Shown: positions 41,218 through 55,369 of the stretch, in pieces
How the letters are laid out: each line of letters starts with the position of its first letter
Position numbering within the stretch: the stretch's first letter is position 1
DNA from: Chiloscyllium plagiosum
Lineage: Eukaryota
Assembly: GCF_004010195.1 (NCBI RefSeq)
Contig: NC_057759.1
Location: forward strand, 3,661,044-3,725,043
Direction: 5' to 3'
Length of the DNA stretch: 64,000 bases
Position numbers and translations under genes: made by a program
The notes under the pieces: generated by a model
The model's database searches: none
What the model was told of the DNA's origin: nothing
Seen by the model: only the letters and a program-made list of their open reading frames with translations

Positions 41218-42119
41218 CTGTCACATCATTTTAAAATGAAGTCTTTTACAAAACATTTAGTTTTGGCTCTAAAAGCAAAACCCTTGAAAGTTGAAAGGTG
41301 CAGACGAAAGCAATTGCAAAGTTCGGAGAGAGATCTTAACAGCAATAATTTTGGAATCAAATATATCATATAATAACATAATCAGTTGCATAAAAACTAA
41401 TAACTTAATTAATATCATCTTACATCTTACATCATACTATGACACAAAGCAATATAATGTTAGTCAACATCTCTTACTCGAAAACAAATGTTCTGTGTAA
41501 AGCATCATAAACGCCTCCCACATTGTGCCAGGATAATATTGCAATACATAATACTCCTGAAAAAATGCAACAATATTTGAAAAGTTTTATGGCTGTTGAG
41601 AATTAGGAGTCACCTTAATCCTGTGTTAAGAATTAGGAGTCATCTTAAACCTGTGTTACCTCAGCATACCATTCTTGCATTTCCTGTTTAGAATCAGACT
41701 TTATGTAACTCTGTCATATCAGTAACTTGGCTTTTGCAAAAGTGAGCAAGTCTCTGCATGAAAACCGAGGAGAATTCATAAGAAGTACCAAGGATTTGAC
41801 CCAAGTGACTCCCTACTCCATTTTCAATGTAGTGAATCGATGTGAAAAGGGGGTGCTAACAGAGTTTCCCCTCCATCAGCTCCAGGGTAGAACATACTGT
41901 GTTGGTTCCGAAGATTACGAGAGATCTCCACCAAAGACAACAGGATCACACTGACGTGTGAGTGTGCTGGCTCAGCACCTCCTTCCTACAGAATGGCTCC
42001 GGCTTGTGAAAATAGTTTACGTCTGCTGTGTAGGTAGCATATGTCCTTCCTTTGTCTAATTAATGATTGCACTGAATCAAAAATTATTACAAATGGCTGA
42101 TTGCCTGTGATCATTTGTG

Positions 42120-44520
42120 ATCACGAACCTCTATTAAATCCCCGTTGATCAGGTTGCGAAATGTTAAATGGACCGTAATGAGATTGATGTTGGGACATCT
42201 TAATTTAGTGATTGCTGACAGCGGTCTGCATCCCATCCCATGCAGAAATGAAGAGTGTACTTGAGAGTACAACGCTGCAAAGAGTCTTGAGACAGAATAC
42301 TCTGAGACCCTGTTCTTCATAGCCAGTAAGTTCAACCAGGCCAACTTCAAGGACATTCCCCCAACATACCATCAGCCCATCTTCTGTCACACTGGAGGCC
42401 TGAAAATTCTTTCTCGTTGTAAGACAACCATCAAAGGCGCCGAATGCTCCATTCCATCCGGATTTCTTTGAACCAGATCATAATGCTGTGCGCCTATTCC
42501 CTACTGACAAACAGAAATTGAAGAGAGAGTATCCAGTAGAGAAATTAATGCAGTTTTGGTCTGAGACAAGGAAAAACTTCTAGCGGACTGCTGACAGTCA
42601 CTGGACTGTCCAAATTCAAAAACGTAGCGGCCAACCTAGCAAAATGCCACTATTTTTAGACATCAGTAGTAAGCATGTAGACGACTGGGTGTTAAAGATG
42701 TTAAATCCAGTGTTCTCCTACGGGAAACCAGGGATGTACAGGGAAGTCCACTCCCTACTGCAGGTCTGAGGTTTTCAACTCGGCAACGTTGACCTGTCCA
42801 GGAAATCCAGGTGCAACCTCTATAAGGAAACCCGGAATGCTGAGAGGCAACACCACGCTCAGCACAAGATTCAGACCAACCACACAGACACCTGTCACTT
42901 GTGGCAAAGCTTACACAACGTAAAGCGAAATTGAACAGAATCACGGACAAGTGTACACCTCAAATGGTGAGGTCAATGTATTCTACGCTCGCTTTTAACA
43001 GAAGATCAGTGAATTAATGTCACCTTTCCCAACAGTCTCGGATGAACCTGTACCGACAGTCACCATCACAGACATCAGATCAGCCTGCTTCAGAGTGAAC
43101 CCATGTAAAGCGACTGGCCCGAATGGAGTCCTCGGACATTCCCTCAGACCCTGTACTGACCAGGTTGGGGGGGGCTGGGGGAGTACTCAAATGCATCCTT
43201 AACCTCTCCTTACTGTGATGTGACATCCCCAGCTGCTTCAAGAATACACCACCATTCTGATGCCAAAGAAAAATCATGCTACCGCTTGATGGTTGTGACC
43301 CACATAATTATCCATTATCTTCAAGTATTTAGTCATGGCTCACACTAACTATTGCCTACCAATTACCTTGATTCTTTACAATTCACCTTGCGGCACAACA
43401 GCTCTACTGCAGACATCACCTCCTAGCCCTGTTCTCATCCCTGGAACATCTGGATAACAAGGACATTAACGTCGGGTTCCTACTTACTGACTACAGCTCC
43501 ACATCAAACGCCATAATTCTAAACAACCTGACCTGGATGCTCAATCAGTAGGAATAGACAACGATATTTCCTTCACCGTAATCCTCAACACCAGTGCTCG
43601 GCAAGGCTGTGTACTCAGCATCCTACTATACTTCCCTATAAAATCATGACTGTCTAATTACATTCCACCACAAATCCAATTACAGATGTGCAAACAATAC
43701 CACGCTCGTACGGTGGATCTCAAACAATGAGAAGACAGAACACAGGAAAGAGATTGTGTGCTTACCTGTGTGATGCGCAGACGACAATCTCTCCATCAAC
43801 ATCAGCAAAACGAAGGAGCTGAACATTGACATCAGGAAGCAGAGTATTGGGCACCTCTTGTGTGCTTCAAAGGTGCTTAGCTGGAGATGGTGCACAGTAT
43901 CAAGCTGCTGGGAGTGATTGTCATCAACAATCAGGTTCTTGTCCACCCACGTGGACGCAATTGTCCAGAAAACATAACAACATCTCAACTTCCTCAGGAT
44001 GCTAAATAAATTGGGTATGTCCACAAGCACTCTTGCCAGTTTTTATAGAGGGACCACTGAAAGCATCCTATTTAGAGGCATCAAAGCGCGACATGGCAAT
44101 GCTCAAGAAATTAGGTCTTAAACACAGCTCAATCCAGTTCACAAATCTGCCTTCATCTGTTGACTCCATCTAAACTTCCTGCTGCGTCCGGGAAATGGCC
44201 AACATGATCAAAGACTCCTCCCATCACAGGTATATCCTATTCAACCGGACAGAAGCTATGAACGTCTGAATATATGTGACATCAGATTAACGAACAGCTT
44301 CTTCCCTGCTATTTTGAGACTTCTAAATAGTTGTCTAAAATATTAATAGTGACCTCTCTTTCACACTATACATTTTCTCTACAGCTGTTGCACTCTATTC
44401 TTCACTCTGTTCTGCTACCCTGAAGCACTTTGTATGGTAAGATCTGCCTGTAGAGCATGCAAAACATCATGTTTTTCACTGTATCTCGGTACATGTGACA
44501 ACAACAAATTTAAAAAAAAA
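42120..44520 (+). mobile_element. Rex1/Babar-type LINE, degenerate, in the Ig1-Ig2 intron
   Basis: VNPCKATGPNGV, RQGCVLS, KTKELNIDIRK; A-rich tail at ~44510. Confidence 0.75.
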
Positions 44521-44548
44521 CAGGGGAGAAGTGGGGTTAATGCCATAC

Positions 44549-44845
44549 CTCTGACGTGTATCAGAATGATGTCGGTCAATCCTGATGTTCTGCATGTTCG
44601 ATTCACCAACATGAATAAATATTCATACGTGTAACTTGATTCACCTCTCTTTAAGGGTTTTAATTGTGAAGATGTTTCACATTGTCCTTCAGAAAGATCT
44701 ATGACACTGCAACCGGGATCGTGACTGTAACAAGAGTGTATCCTTGTGACTGGACATTGACAGGTACACTTCATTGATGCTGTCTCTTCATCTAAAAATA
44801 CCTCATACGTTGGATTCAGAGACAAAACCGGCTTTGGTAAATCAT
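44549..44845 (-). pseudogene. Ig domain 1 exon (Cys-rich), F-strand Cys lost
   Basis: cctcag|ATGATTTACCAAAGCCG...GTCAGAG|gtatgg; DLPKPVLSLNP...KCTCQCP...SSYTYEY...IHVR; ~57% aa identity (manual alignment) to 59827-60117. Confidence 0.85.
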
Positions 44846-45636
44846 CTGAGGAATGCAATTGAAGCATTTTATCAGCAGAATATGACTAATCAAAATGATA
44901 GAACCTGTTATAATATGCTGACTTTTTGTGCATTTAAAGATCCCACACTCATGAATAGTGTGTGGGATGTGTGAATTCTTAAAAAGGTATCTCTGTTTGA
45001 AATTAATTGAATGTGCATGGGAACACCTGCCTTTGTTAGCTGAGAGTTTAAGAGCAGGAAGTTGGTGCTGGGATTGTATGAAACATTGATTTGTCCAATC
45101 AACGAGACTAACGTGTGCAGTTCTGGAATCAACATTACAGGAGAGATGTGATAGCACTGGGAGAGGATGGGGAGGGAGATTTATTAGGATGTTATCTCAG
45201 GGCTGGAGAGTTCCAGTGATGGAAAGAGATTGGACAGACTGTGGTTGTTTTCCTTAGAGCAGAAGAGATTGAGGGGGGGACATGGTTGACATGTAAAATG
45301 AGGGCCAGAAATAGAATAGACAGGAAGAAACCTTTCGCCCTTGATGGAGGGCGTAATAACTGGGGTGGGGAGTGGGCGTGAGGGGAAGGAAGGTGCATAC
45401 ATCCAAGGTAAGGTGCAGAAGGTTTAGAGAGGGATATGAGGAAAACCTTGTTTACTCCGAGATGGACGGGAATCAGAAACTTACTGCCTGTAACGGTAGG
45501 AGAGGTAAAAACTGTCATCACATTGAAAAAGTGTTAAGATGTACACTTGAGACGCCAAGGCTATGGGGCCACGTACTAGGGAAATGGGATTTGAAAATAG
45601 TGAGGTGGCCGTTTTTGACTAGAGCCGATCCTATGG

Positions 45637-45946
45637 ATTAGATTAGATTACATTACAGTGTGGAAACAGGCCCTTCAGCCCAACAAGTCCACACCGACCC
45701 GCCAAAGCGCAACCCACCCATACCCCTACATTTACCCCTTACCTAACACTACGGGCAATTTTAGCATGGCCAATTCACCTGACCTGCACATCTTTGTGAC
45801 TGTGGGAGGAAACCGGAGCACCCGGAGGAACCCACGCAGACACGGGGAGAACGTGCAAACTCCACACAGTCAGTCACCTGAGTCGGGAATTGAACCCGGG
45901 TCTCTGGCGCTGTGAGGCAGCAGTGCTAACCACTGTGCCACTGTGC
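45637..45946 (-). mobile_element. HE1-like V-SINE, young, full length
   Basis: Intact A/B boxes and (TTAGA)n tail; absent from the paralogous intron at ~57380. Confidence 0.9.
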
Positions 45947-46341
45947 AGCCTTTTGCGGTACTGCAGATCTCGAGGACTGTAAGCCTCTAAGCGTTAGAAT
46001 TTTAAAAAGTATACTAATGGTCATAATACAGTTATGAAGTTTCTAACAACAGAACCTGACAAAGTAACTATGGTCATGTTGAACATTGGAATTCTCACAA
46101 TGTTAGTTATGGAAACTGCTGGGAAATATAATGAGCAAATCAATGGACTTCGTGACAGATGCAAAAGAGAGAGAAATGAGAAGATTAACTTTTAAAATGA
46201 TGTCTATAAAGCTGTACACAAATTTCAGAATTAAGTTTGGTAAGTTGGTTATCATAGGTTTTACTGATAATCAAGCGGAAACACATTAATGAAATAATTT
46301 TGATGTTAATGAATTAATACATTACAAATTATCATACTCAC

Positions 46342-46377
46342 ATATCTCCTGTATTTCGACCAGCACTTGGAAATGAA
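46342..46377 (-). pseudogene. 36-nt leader mini-exon with acceptor AG mutated to AA
   Basis: ttccattAA|TTCATTTCCAAGTGCTGGTCGAAATACAGGAGATAT|gtgagt; homologue of 56965-57000. Confidence 0.8.
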
Positions 46378-49300
46378 TTAATGGAAAATAATAAAATTAT
46401 ACCTTAATATTAATATTTTCCTCATGTCAAATCTGGAGACAGACATAGAATGTGGATAATGTCACAGAGGCACAGGCAGACAGCACGGAAATAAACCCTG
46501 CTGTCCAATTCACCCACGCCAACCCGCCAACACAATCTGACCTCGCCCCATCTGCCAGCATGTGGCCCGTACCCCTCTAAACCCTCTTGTTTATGTACCC
46601 ATCAGATGCATTTTAAATGTTGTTATTGGACATGTCTGCACCATCTACACTGACAGCTCGCTCAATACACGCACCATTTTGTGCATGAAAATATTACACA
46701 TCAAGTGCTTTTTAAAATATTTCCTCTCTCACCTTAAACGTATGCCCTCTAACTTTGGATTCGCCACCCCGAGGATACACACCTTGGTTATTCACTCTAT
46801 CCATGCCCCACGTCATTTTATAAACTCTTGTAATATCTCCCCTCTGCCTCCAGCGCTGCAGAGAAAGAAAGCCCTAGCCCATTTAGTCTCTAGCTATAAC
46901 TCAAACTGTCCCGTTCTGCTGTTACAAGCTTTTCTTCATTCTAAAAGTTGGAAATCTTATCTGCACCTACTCAAGTTTAACACAATCTTTCCAACAGAAG
47001 GGTAACTGGGATTGTACCCAGTATTCTAAGAGTGGCCTCAACAAATTGCTGTACAGCAGCAACATGACATCCCAAATCCTATAGTCAATGTAGCGACCAA
47101 TGAAGCCAAACATGCCAAAGGCCTTCTTCACCACCCTGTCCACCTGTGACTCGACTTTTAAGCAACGATGTACCTGTCACGCCAGGCCACTTTCTCAAAT
47201 ACATAAAGGGACTGCTATCATCTATATTAAACACACCGTTGGTTATTCTGAGGGCCACCATTCTCCGTAATACACCTGTTTAACCTTCATGGAAAATGAT
47301 CCAGAAAATTATCCCTGTGTAAATTATGCAGATAATTGCACAAGGTGCCAAAGAAATTTCAGAGATGTTGCGATAAAGATACGGCATTAGTAAAGTGATA
47401 GTTGAAACAAAACTATTGGGGACAGCCATTTTCTATAATACACACAGGGACTGCTAATCAGTAATAAATTAATATTGAGCAATTACACAGTTTATGTGGA
47501 GACTCAACAATCAAATCAACATTAATATGTAGCGTGTGTACAAGATGTCTTCCTAGGCTACTGCATTGAGGCACCAATCTGGGATTGGACGAGGTTAGAA
47601 TGTAATACTTTAGAGTTAATTAGTATCTGTTCTTTAAAAATGCCTATGAGGAAGTAGTGACCATGAGATCGTAGAATTCTGTGGAGTAGTGATTATAATA
47701 TTACCGGGTTTTATTTCAAGTTTAAATGCGACATCATTCATCTGAAAGCTGAACAAAGGAAGTATGGACATCCAAGGGATAGGTCATCGGGAGTAAATTG
47801 TGCCAATAGGAGTTGGGCAGCTTTATAAATAAACACTTCACGTTCGATAACAGATGCATATTCCTTGAGTATAAAGATTCAAATGGAATGGTGCATCTAG
47901 CAAGGTTCACAAACGATTATGATTTTACTTGTGATTGGGTTTTGGAAAAAAACTTTACTGCCACTCACTTTCTCCATAACATGCATATCTCTTGTAATGA
48001 GATCATCAGGAAGGCTAAAGGAGTCTCGGTCTTATTTCACAGCGGTCGGAGTGTTAGCGTAGGGAAGTGTTACTGCAACTGTAAACGGTGCTGGGGAGAC
48101 TACCGTTATTTATGGAAGGACATTATTTCATTGGAGGCAGTTCAGAGAAGACTTTTCTCATCAGAGGAATTTTCTCATCAGCAAAGTTTAAGCAGGTTGG
48201 GAGAAAAATATGTGCTGAGGAAAGACAGCAGATCTAGAAACAACTTTGGACATAAAGACAGAGTGGATATATCAAGTCTTTAAAATCATGAAGAAATAAG
48301 AATAAGAGTAGACCATTCTGCCCCTTCAGCCTGCTTCATCATTAAATAGGATCGTGGATAATCCGATATTTCTCGCGTCCAATTTCCTGTCCTTTCCCCA
48401 AAAACGTGGTTTCCCCAACTGTCACCATTACCCTTAAAATACACAAGAATGATGCCACCATACGTCTCTGTGGCAAGGAGTTCCAAAGACATTCAACCCT
48501 CTGAGAGAAGTAATTCCTTGGCCTCCTCTGTCATTAATCAGTGCCCCGTTATTCTGAAACTGTACTTTCGGGTCCTAGCCTATCCCATGAGGGGCAACAT
48601 CCTCTCAGCAATGAGAATGTCAAGCCCTTGCATGTTTCATTGTGATCACTTCTCATTGTCCTCAACTTCCACATGTCAAGTCCCGCTCTGTTTAAACTCT
48701 GACGTTTGTTAAAAGTGTAGCTGAGGTATGTTGTGAACATTCCTGTAACCTGTGACCTGAAGGTTCTTGTATTGACAATATAAGGGATACTTTATGGTTG
48801 TCTGTAGACAGACTGATACCAGAATAGGTTCATATACAGTATGTTTTGTGGCTGTTTTTGTCTCTAAGTGAATACTGTATTTGTGATTTGTTTAGCAACA
48901 AAATACCATTAGCTGTGATCAGACATCCTGATCAGAAATTGGACAATTCATTGGCTGAGTGCCACGTTGTTTCTGGAGGATGAGCACAAATTGAGATGAT
49001 AGCTACCAGAACAAAGGATTTGTTCGGGAGTGAGCCCTCAAGATCAACATTTGAGAAGTACGTGATCTGATGCTACCTTCAAAAAAGACAGCAAAACATG
49101 AGGCAAGAACTACACGGAGAGTATAATTGGTTACTTCATCCAAATCACAGGAGTATTTATTTGAAGTCAAGCTTATAATGTTAGAGCAACAGTTAAATGT
49201 GAATTAAATTAAAGTGAGGTAAAGTCAAATAAAATGTGTTAATTATCAAGTTAAGTGAGATGAAGTGAGAAATACATTTTTTTTTTGCAAAGGTCGTTTC

Positions 49301-52300
49301 CTTTCAATAAAGATTTTTGTTTTGTTAATGCTCTTTTGGTTAAATCAGTTTTCAGGAATTTCTAGCTAAATGTTAACGTCTCCTAGAGAGATTGTAAAAA
49401 TAGCCTCAATTTCCTGTAAGATTCAAGATTTCCACAATAGTTTACATTTTCTGTTGCTGTGTGTGCTTTGCCTAAGCTCTATGATGTATGAAATCAGTAT
49501 TGCAGGATTGAGAGACAGTCGAATGCTTCAACTTGTCTCCAGATAAACAATAGTGTAGTGTACTCGCTCACAAGCATGTTCATCACTCATAGAGTAGCAT
49601 CATAGGCAGGGGATTTAGAGGAGCTGTTAGGAAACTCCTTTTCACTAAGAAGGTAGTTGGGAATCTGCAACTCACTTTCTGTAAGTGTGGAGAGGCAGAA
49701 ACCCTCATCACATTGAAGAACGGTTTCGATGTGCACTTGCAATGCCAAGGCTATGGGACAAGTGCTGGTGAATTGAGATTGGAAAATTTAGCGTTGTTTG
49801 CAGATTTGGTGGGCAAAGAACCTCTAATGTGCTGTAGATCTCTACGAGGCTAATAATTGGTGTGAAAGCATTTGTTTACACAACAATGAGTGGCTTCCGT
49901 TCAGTCCTAAGACATAACATTGTCATAAACCACGACAGAGCACGCAATGATGTACAAGCATATAACACTATCAAATATTGGCAAAGAGTTAGACCATTCG
50001 GCCTATTGAGTCTGTTCCACCATTTGATCATGGCTGTTTCTCAATTCAAGTCTCCTGTCTTCTCGCCATAACCCTTAATCGCCTCACAAACCATGACGTA
50101 ATCCATCTTTGTCTTGAAGATGCTCAATGACTTTACCTCCCTAGCAGCCTGCAGTAATAAGTTCCACAGAATCACCAGCCTCTGTCTAAAGAAATTCTTA
50201 CTCTTCTCCGTTCTAAAGGGACGTCCCTTCACTCTCTTTTGGGACCTGGTCAACTTACAAGCACAGCAATGTTTCCTGTGTAATGGGATTTCATCACTCT
50301 TTGAAACCCCCAGTTCAAAACATTGTCTTCATGTATTTGTGGAAATTTAAATAAAATGAACAGTGAAATTTGTAACCAGAATAGTTCGCCAAGTTAATAC
50401 CGACAGTGTTGACACCCAGTGATGGACATGCACATGTTTCAGAACTCGACGTAAGCATTTACTTGTTAATCCATTAAAATTCGTCCCACATCTTTGATAT
50501 GATTTTATTTGTATCCCTTTAAGTTTTAAACGTGCTATAGTTGCTACTTTCAATTCATGTGTGCAAAAATGCACATATTTTTAGAGTAATGTATTAAAAA
50601 CGGGTGCTTTTTATGAGTTTTCGTTTAGAGCTGCAAACTCTGTGGGGTCACTAATTTATTGTTGAATGCTGCACGTTTTGCATAGAAGTCAAACAACTTT
50701 TTCAACTCTTGTGATTATGCCCAGCATGAAATTTAAAGCTGGCTCTTTTTTTGTTTTTAATATTCAGAGTCAAAAATATAATGTGGACAGATTAGGTGCA
50801 CTTAAGATGTACAAATAACACGAATGAGTACGCAATGGAACGAGGCACTGATAGCCCTCGCAGAACGAGACTAGGATGGGATTAATAGTGATTAACAAGG
50901 CGAGGTCAATTTTGGCTTCGAAAGCCTATTAGAAGCTTTTAGTTATTCACAATTATTTGGAATTCTTCTCACACTTCTTTTTATGGTTATTTCAGATCTC
51001 CAGTGTTCATTCAGATTTTTTGTTTTGTTTTGTTTTACTTTACGACTTTAGAGAATTTTCGAATGGAAACGACAGACAATAGTTTAAAGGACAAAATGCC
51101 TCCGTTCAGATGGATGGATACGAGGGAATGGAATTCACACTTTTGAAAAAATCCACTTCGACAGGATATTTGTGGGAGCTGATCAGTACTATTGCTGTTC
51201 TAGGAAAATATAGAGAGAGGTGCACAAGTTTCCATTTGGGGAAGTTCCTAGAATCATGAATTCAAGCTGAATTCATGCATGTTATTTTGTTTCCCACACT
51301 GCAAGAAGTTAGGAGCTGAAATTGCTTCCATTTCCATAAACATAAGATCCAATTCTGGATCTCAGCAGGGAAATGGACAAGGTACCAAAGAAAATAATTG
51401 TGTGGAGATATCAGAAATTGTCGTTGCGAATAGATCAAGGTATATTTACTGATACAGACAACTGAAAAATCTTCCTGAATTACCATCATTTGTGCCTTAA
51501 CTATTCTAAAGTCCCGTAAGGGAGATTATCATTTTCTTCAAATTGTTTGCCCTGTTCGATTTTCCCTGTATTCACTATTTTCCTTTAGGAAAATATGTCT
51601 GTCTTCTTTACCTGGTCTGGATGACATAAGGTCATAATATAGAGAGGCACAAATAGGCGATTCAACTCATTGAGTTTGATCTGCCATTCCATCATGATGT
51701 ATTTCTCAACCCCATTCTCCTGCCTTCTCCATTTAACCTTTGATCCTCATACCAATCAAGAAGCTATCTATCTCTATCTTAAAGACACTCAATGACTTGA
51801 CTTTCACAGACATCTGCGACAATGAGTTCCACAGATTCATCACTCTCTGGCTGAACAAACTTGTTCTCATCTCAGTTGTAAAAGTTTATTCCTTTAACAC
51901 AACGTACAGGAGAAACTAAGCAAGTCTGGCAGCATCTGTGGACATAGAGAACAGTTAACAGTAAACATTATAAAGACAGAAATTGTTGGAGAAGTTCAGT
52001 AGATGTGATAGCATCTGTGGAGAGAGGTGATCAGTGCTTGCCATGTGCGACGTGAATGTGACTTGCCACTTGTCAGCCCAAGCCTGGATGTTGTCCAGAT
52101 CTTGTTGCATTTGATCATAGCCTGCTTTAGTAGCTTAGGAGTATCAAATGGTTCTGAGCATTTTACAATCATGGGTGAGCATCCTCACTTCTGACCATAC
52201 ATTGGAGAAAAGATTAATAATGAATCTGATAAATTAAATGCATTGAACAAGTTTGTGGCAGAAATAATTTAACCTGGGTTCTGTTCATCGAATTGAAAGG

Positions 52301-52359
52301 TGAAAGGGAGCTATATTTTTAAGGTGAAATATTACTAAAATATATTTCATCATTTATAC

Positions 52360-54020
52360 AAAATACCTGGATGTGAACATAGGAGGTACAGTTAGTAAGT
52401 TTGCCAATGACACCAAAATTGGAAGCGTAGGGGAGAGCGAAGAAGGTTACCTCAGATTACAATGGGATCATGACGAGATGGGCAAATGGGCTGATGAGTG
52501 GCAGATGTATTTTCCATAAATGCGTTTTGGAAAAGCAAATCATAGCAGGACTTATACCCTTAATGGTAAGATCTTAGGAAGTGTTGCTGAACAAAGGGAC
52601 CTTGGAGTGCAGTTTCATAGTTCATTGACAGCCGAGTCCCAGGTAGATGGGATAGTGAAGGAGGCATTTATTATACTTTCCTTTATTGGCCAGTATTGAG
52701 AATAAGAGTTGGAACGTCATGCTGTGGCATTACGGGACATTGGTTATGCCACTTGTTTGGGATATTACGTTGCAGTTTCATAGTTCATTGACAGCCGAGT
52801 CCCAGGTAGATGGGATAGTGAAGGAGGCATTTATTATACTTTCCTTTATTGGCCAGTATTGAGAATAAGATTTGGAATGTCATTACGGGACATTGGTTAT
52901 GTCATTTGTTTGGGATATTACGTGCAATTCTTGTCTTATTCCTGTCAGAAGGATATTGTGAAATTTGAAATGGTTCAAAAAAGATTTAAAAGCATGTTGC
53001 CAGGGTTGGAGGATTTGTGTTGTAGGGAGAGGTTGAATCGACTGGGGCGACTTTCCCTGGAGCTTTGGAGGCTGAGGGGTGACCTAATAAATGATTAAAA
53101 ATCATGAGGAGCATGGATAGGATAAATAGGCAATATCTTTTCGCTGGGGTGGGGGAGTCCAGAACTTGAGGGCATAGGTGTATCGTGAAAGTGGAAAGAT
53201 ATAAAATGGACTTAGGGGTGTGAGAAACGAACCCACTTAATCAATAATTTTCAGTCCCATCAAAGAGTTCCAAAGCAATACATTTATTCGAACATCTTTA
53301 AAGATGGGTGGCTCTATGAGGAGAGTCACACCCGACAGTGAAATACAGAGTTTTTTATACTTTCTGAGGGGTCTCTCAACACCCATACACTAAGCAATAA
53401 ACCTATCATAAGTGTCTATTTCATTTTATCCCCTTATTTGGTTATTCCCTGCACCCAAGCCTAAGCCGATCATACTTATTAATTACCACACTTGTTTTCC
53501 TTTTAAATCTGTCTCATTTGGCTGTCACTGTTCGTTACACTCTTCCTGTTATTTTATCCAGTTCCTCTTTTCTAACCTTCTGACTTCTGAGATCATCCTT
53601 TACTATTTTGATTGTCCAAAAGGCAGGCCTACAAACCATGAGCTTATTGCGAAATGCCCTTCCTGTTTCTTTTGTGGTCAGTTACAACACTCAAAGTTAT
53701 TTCTTAGCTTAAAACTATTTCTTTAAAATACTCTCTATATTCGTTAAAACCAACATGCACCTGACAACCTGATTTTTTTTTCTCTCAGGGGCAACTTTTT
53801 GACGTGGGGGGTGGAGCATGCATGGAATGAGCTGCCGGGGAAGTGGTGGAGGTTGATGCAATTTAAAACGCATCTGGATGGGAATATGAGTAGGAAGTGC
53901 TTCGAGGGATATGGGCTAAGTGCTGGAAAATGGGACTAGATTGCGTTTGGATATCTGGTCGGCATGGCCAAATTGGACTGAAGGGTCTGTTTCCATGCGG
54001 TACATCTTTATGACCCTATA
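52360..54020 (+). mobile_element. CR1 LINE 3' fragment interrupted by a solo LTR and carrying a 163-bp tandem duplication
   Basis: SKFANDTKIG; LERLGR..LRGDLI motifs; duplicated units start at 52609 and 52772. Confidence 0.85.
53219..53787 (-). mobile_element. Solo LTR (569 bp)
   Basis: TG...CA ends (tgtgagaaa / tttctctca), 4-bp TSD GGGG, splits CR1 sequence ctagggg|caac; minus-strand TATAAAAA (~53352-53359) followed by AATAAA (~53283-53288). Confidence 0.8.
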
Positions 54021-55335
54021 ATATCAATATGGTTGAGATCTAATAAAATATGTGCAGTTTATAATTAACCTGCGTTAGAATAGGATGAATCTTCAACTAT
54101 CTTGAAACCTCTTTTGCAATTGTGGTTCTACGTTACGTATTCTGCATTACTGGCCATTATCACCGAACTAATAATAATAACAATAATAAGAGTAACAAAT
54201 TTGAATAGACACAGCATTGAGAGCAAGACATGAGGATGCAATTCTCCAACAAGCTGTCTGCCACATGCTCAAGGGCAGATCAGGATGGGTAATAATTGCT
54301 GGCCATGAGTAAATAAAAATAAACTTTATGTCTCCGGAACAAACTTACGAAATGCAAAATCATCTTTTCTTCTCCTGAGGAAACACATTGTTATAATATC
54401 ACAGCATAGAAACAAATCCTTCAGTCGAACCAGTGCATGCCACACATGATACTAAACTAAACTTTCCACCTGCTCCTGGCCCGCACCCTTCAAAATCAAT
54501 CCTATTCATGTAGTTATCCAAATGTATTTCAAATGTTGTAATTTTGCTCACAAGCATAAATTTCTCATCCTGCATGCGAATCAACATCTGTGTAAAACAA
54601 AAACATGCTGTTTTAAAATATCTCTCCTCTCTCCTTAAAAATATGCCCCCTTGTCTTGAAATTGCCTAATTTAGGGAAAAGACAACTCCCATTAACCTGA
54701 CTTGTACCCTTGTGATTTTACAACATCATTTCACAACCTCCTACGTGCCAGTGAAAAAAAAAACCCAGCCTTTCCTTATAACTTAAACATTCCATACCCA
54801 GCAACATCCTGATTAAATCTCTTCTGAGACCTCTTCAACTTGATAACATCCTTCCTATAACTGGTCCTCAAAGTTATACCAGCACATGATGTAGCAACTG
54901 ATTTCATAAATTACAGTAGAATTCAAATAGACATCATATATATACATTTTCTTTGACAGTCAATGCTTGCAATCTTCAGATAATGATGCACTTTGGCTTC
55001 TAACCACTGGGTAATGATAATATTGTCATAGTACCACTCTCTCCTATTGAGAGAGAGATGACTTGGGGAGGGGGGAGCTTATCTTGCGGGTCAGCATGTC
55101 TAAAAAGAGGGATGAGATGGTAGTAATGACAGTTGGATGTGAGAACTGAACCCGTGCTCTTAGTGTGACTGCATCACAAGCCAGCTAGCCAGCCAACTGA
55201 GCTAGCCCCCTGTGTAATCTGGCTGAATGGCCTGAAGGCTCCTAGTTATGCAGACTGCTTCTGCGCTGACTGCTCAACACCATGTTTTTTTTTTCATGAT
55301 GAGCAATAGCGTGCGCAATAGAAATAATTTTGTGA

Positions 55336-55369
55336 AACCACATGACAATTTATCATCTCTGTTCCTGTT
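55336..55369 (+). promoter_or_regulatory. Candidate haematopoietic proximal promoter: RUNX, GATA and ETS motifs
   Basis: AACCACA 55336-55342, TTATCA 55350-55355, TTCCTGTT 55362-55369, ~110-145 bp upstream of ATG 55481. Confidence 0.45.

Larger units (their letters stand above)
33752..46377 (-). pseudogene. Two-Ig-domain type I membrane receptor pseudogene (LRC/LILR-like architecture); exon 1 not located
   Basis: Phase-compatible exons 46377-46342, 44845-44549, 41217-40888, 37950-37858, 33779-33752; broken acceptor, lost Ig Cys and two in-frame stops. Confidence 0.8.

Noticed and set aside
48729..49436. Possible second solo LTR (TGT...ACA, AATAAA)
   Set aside because: No convincing TSD or defined ends
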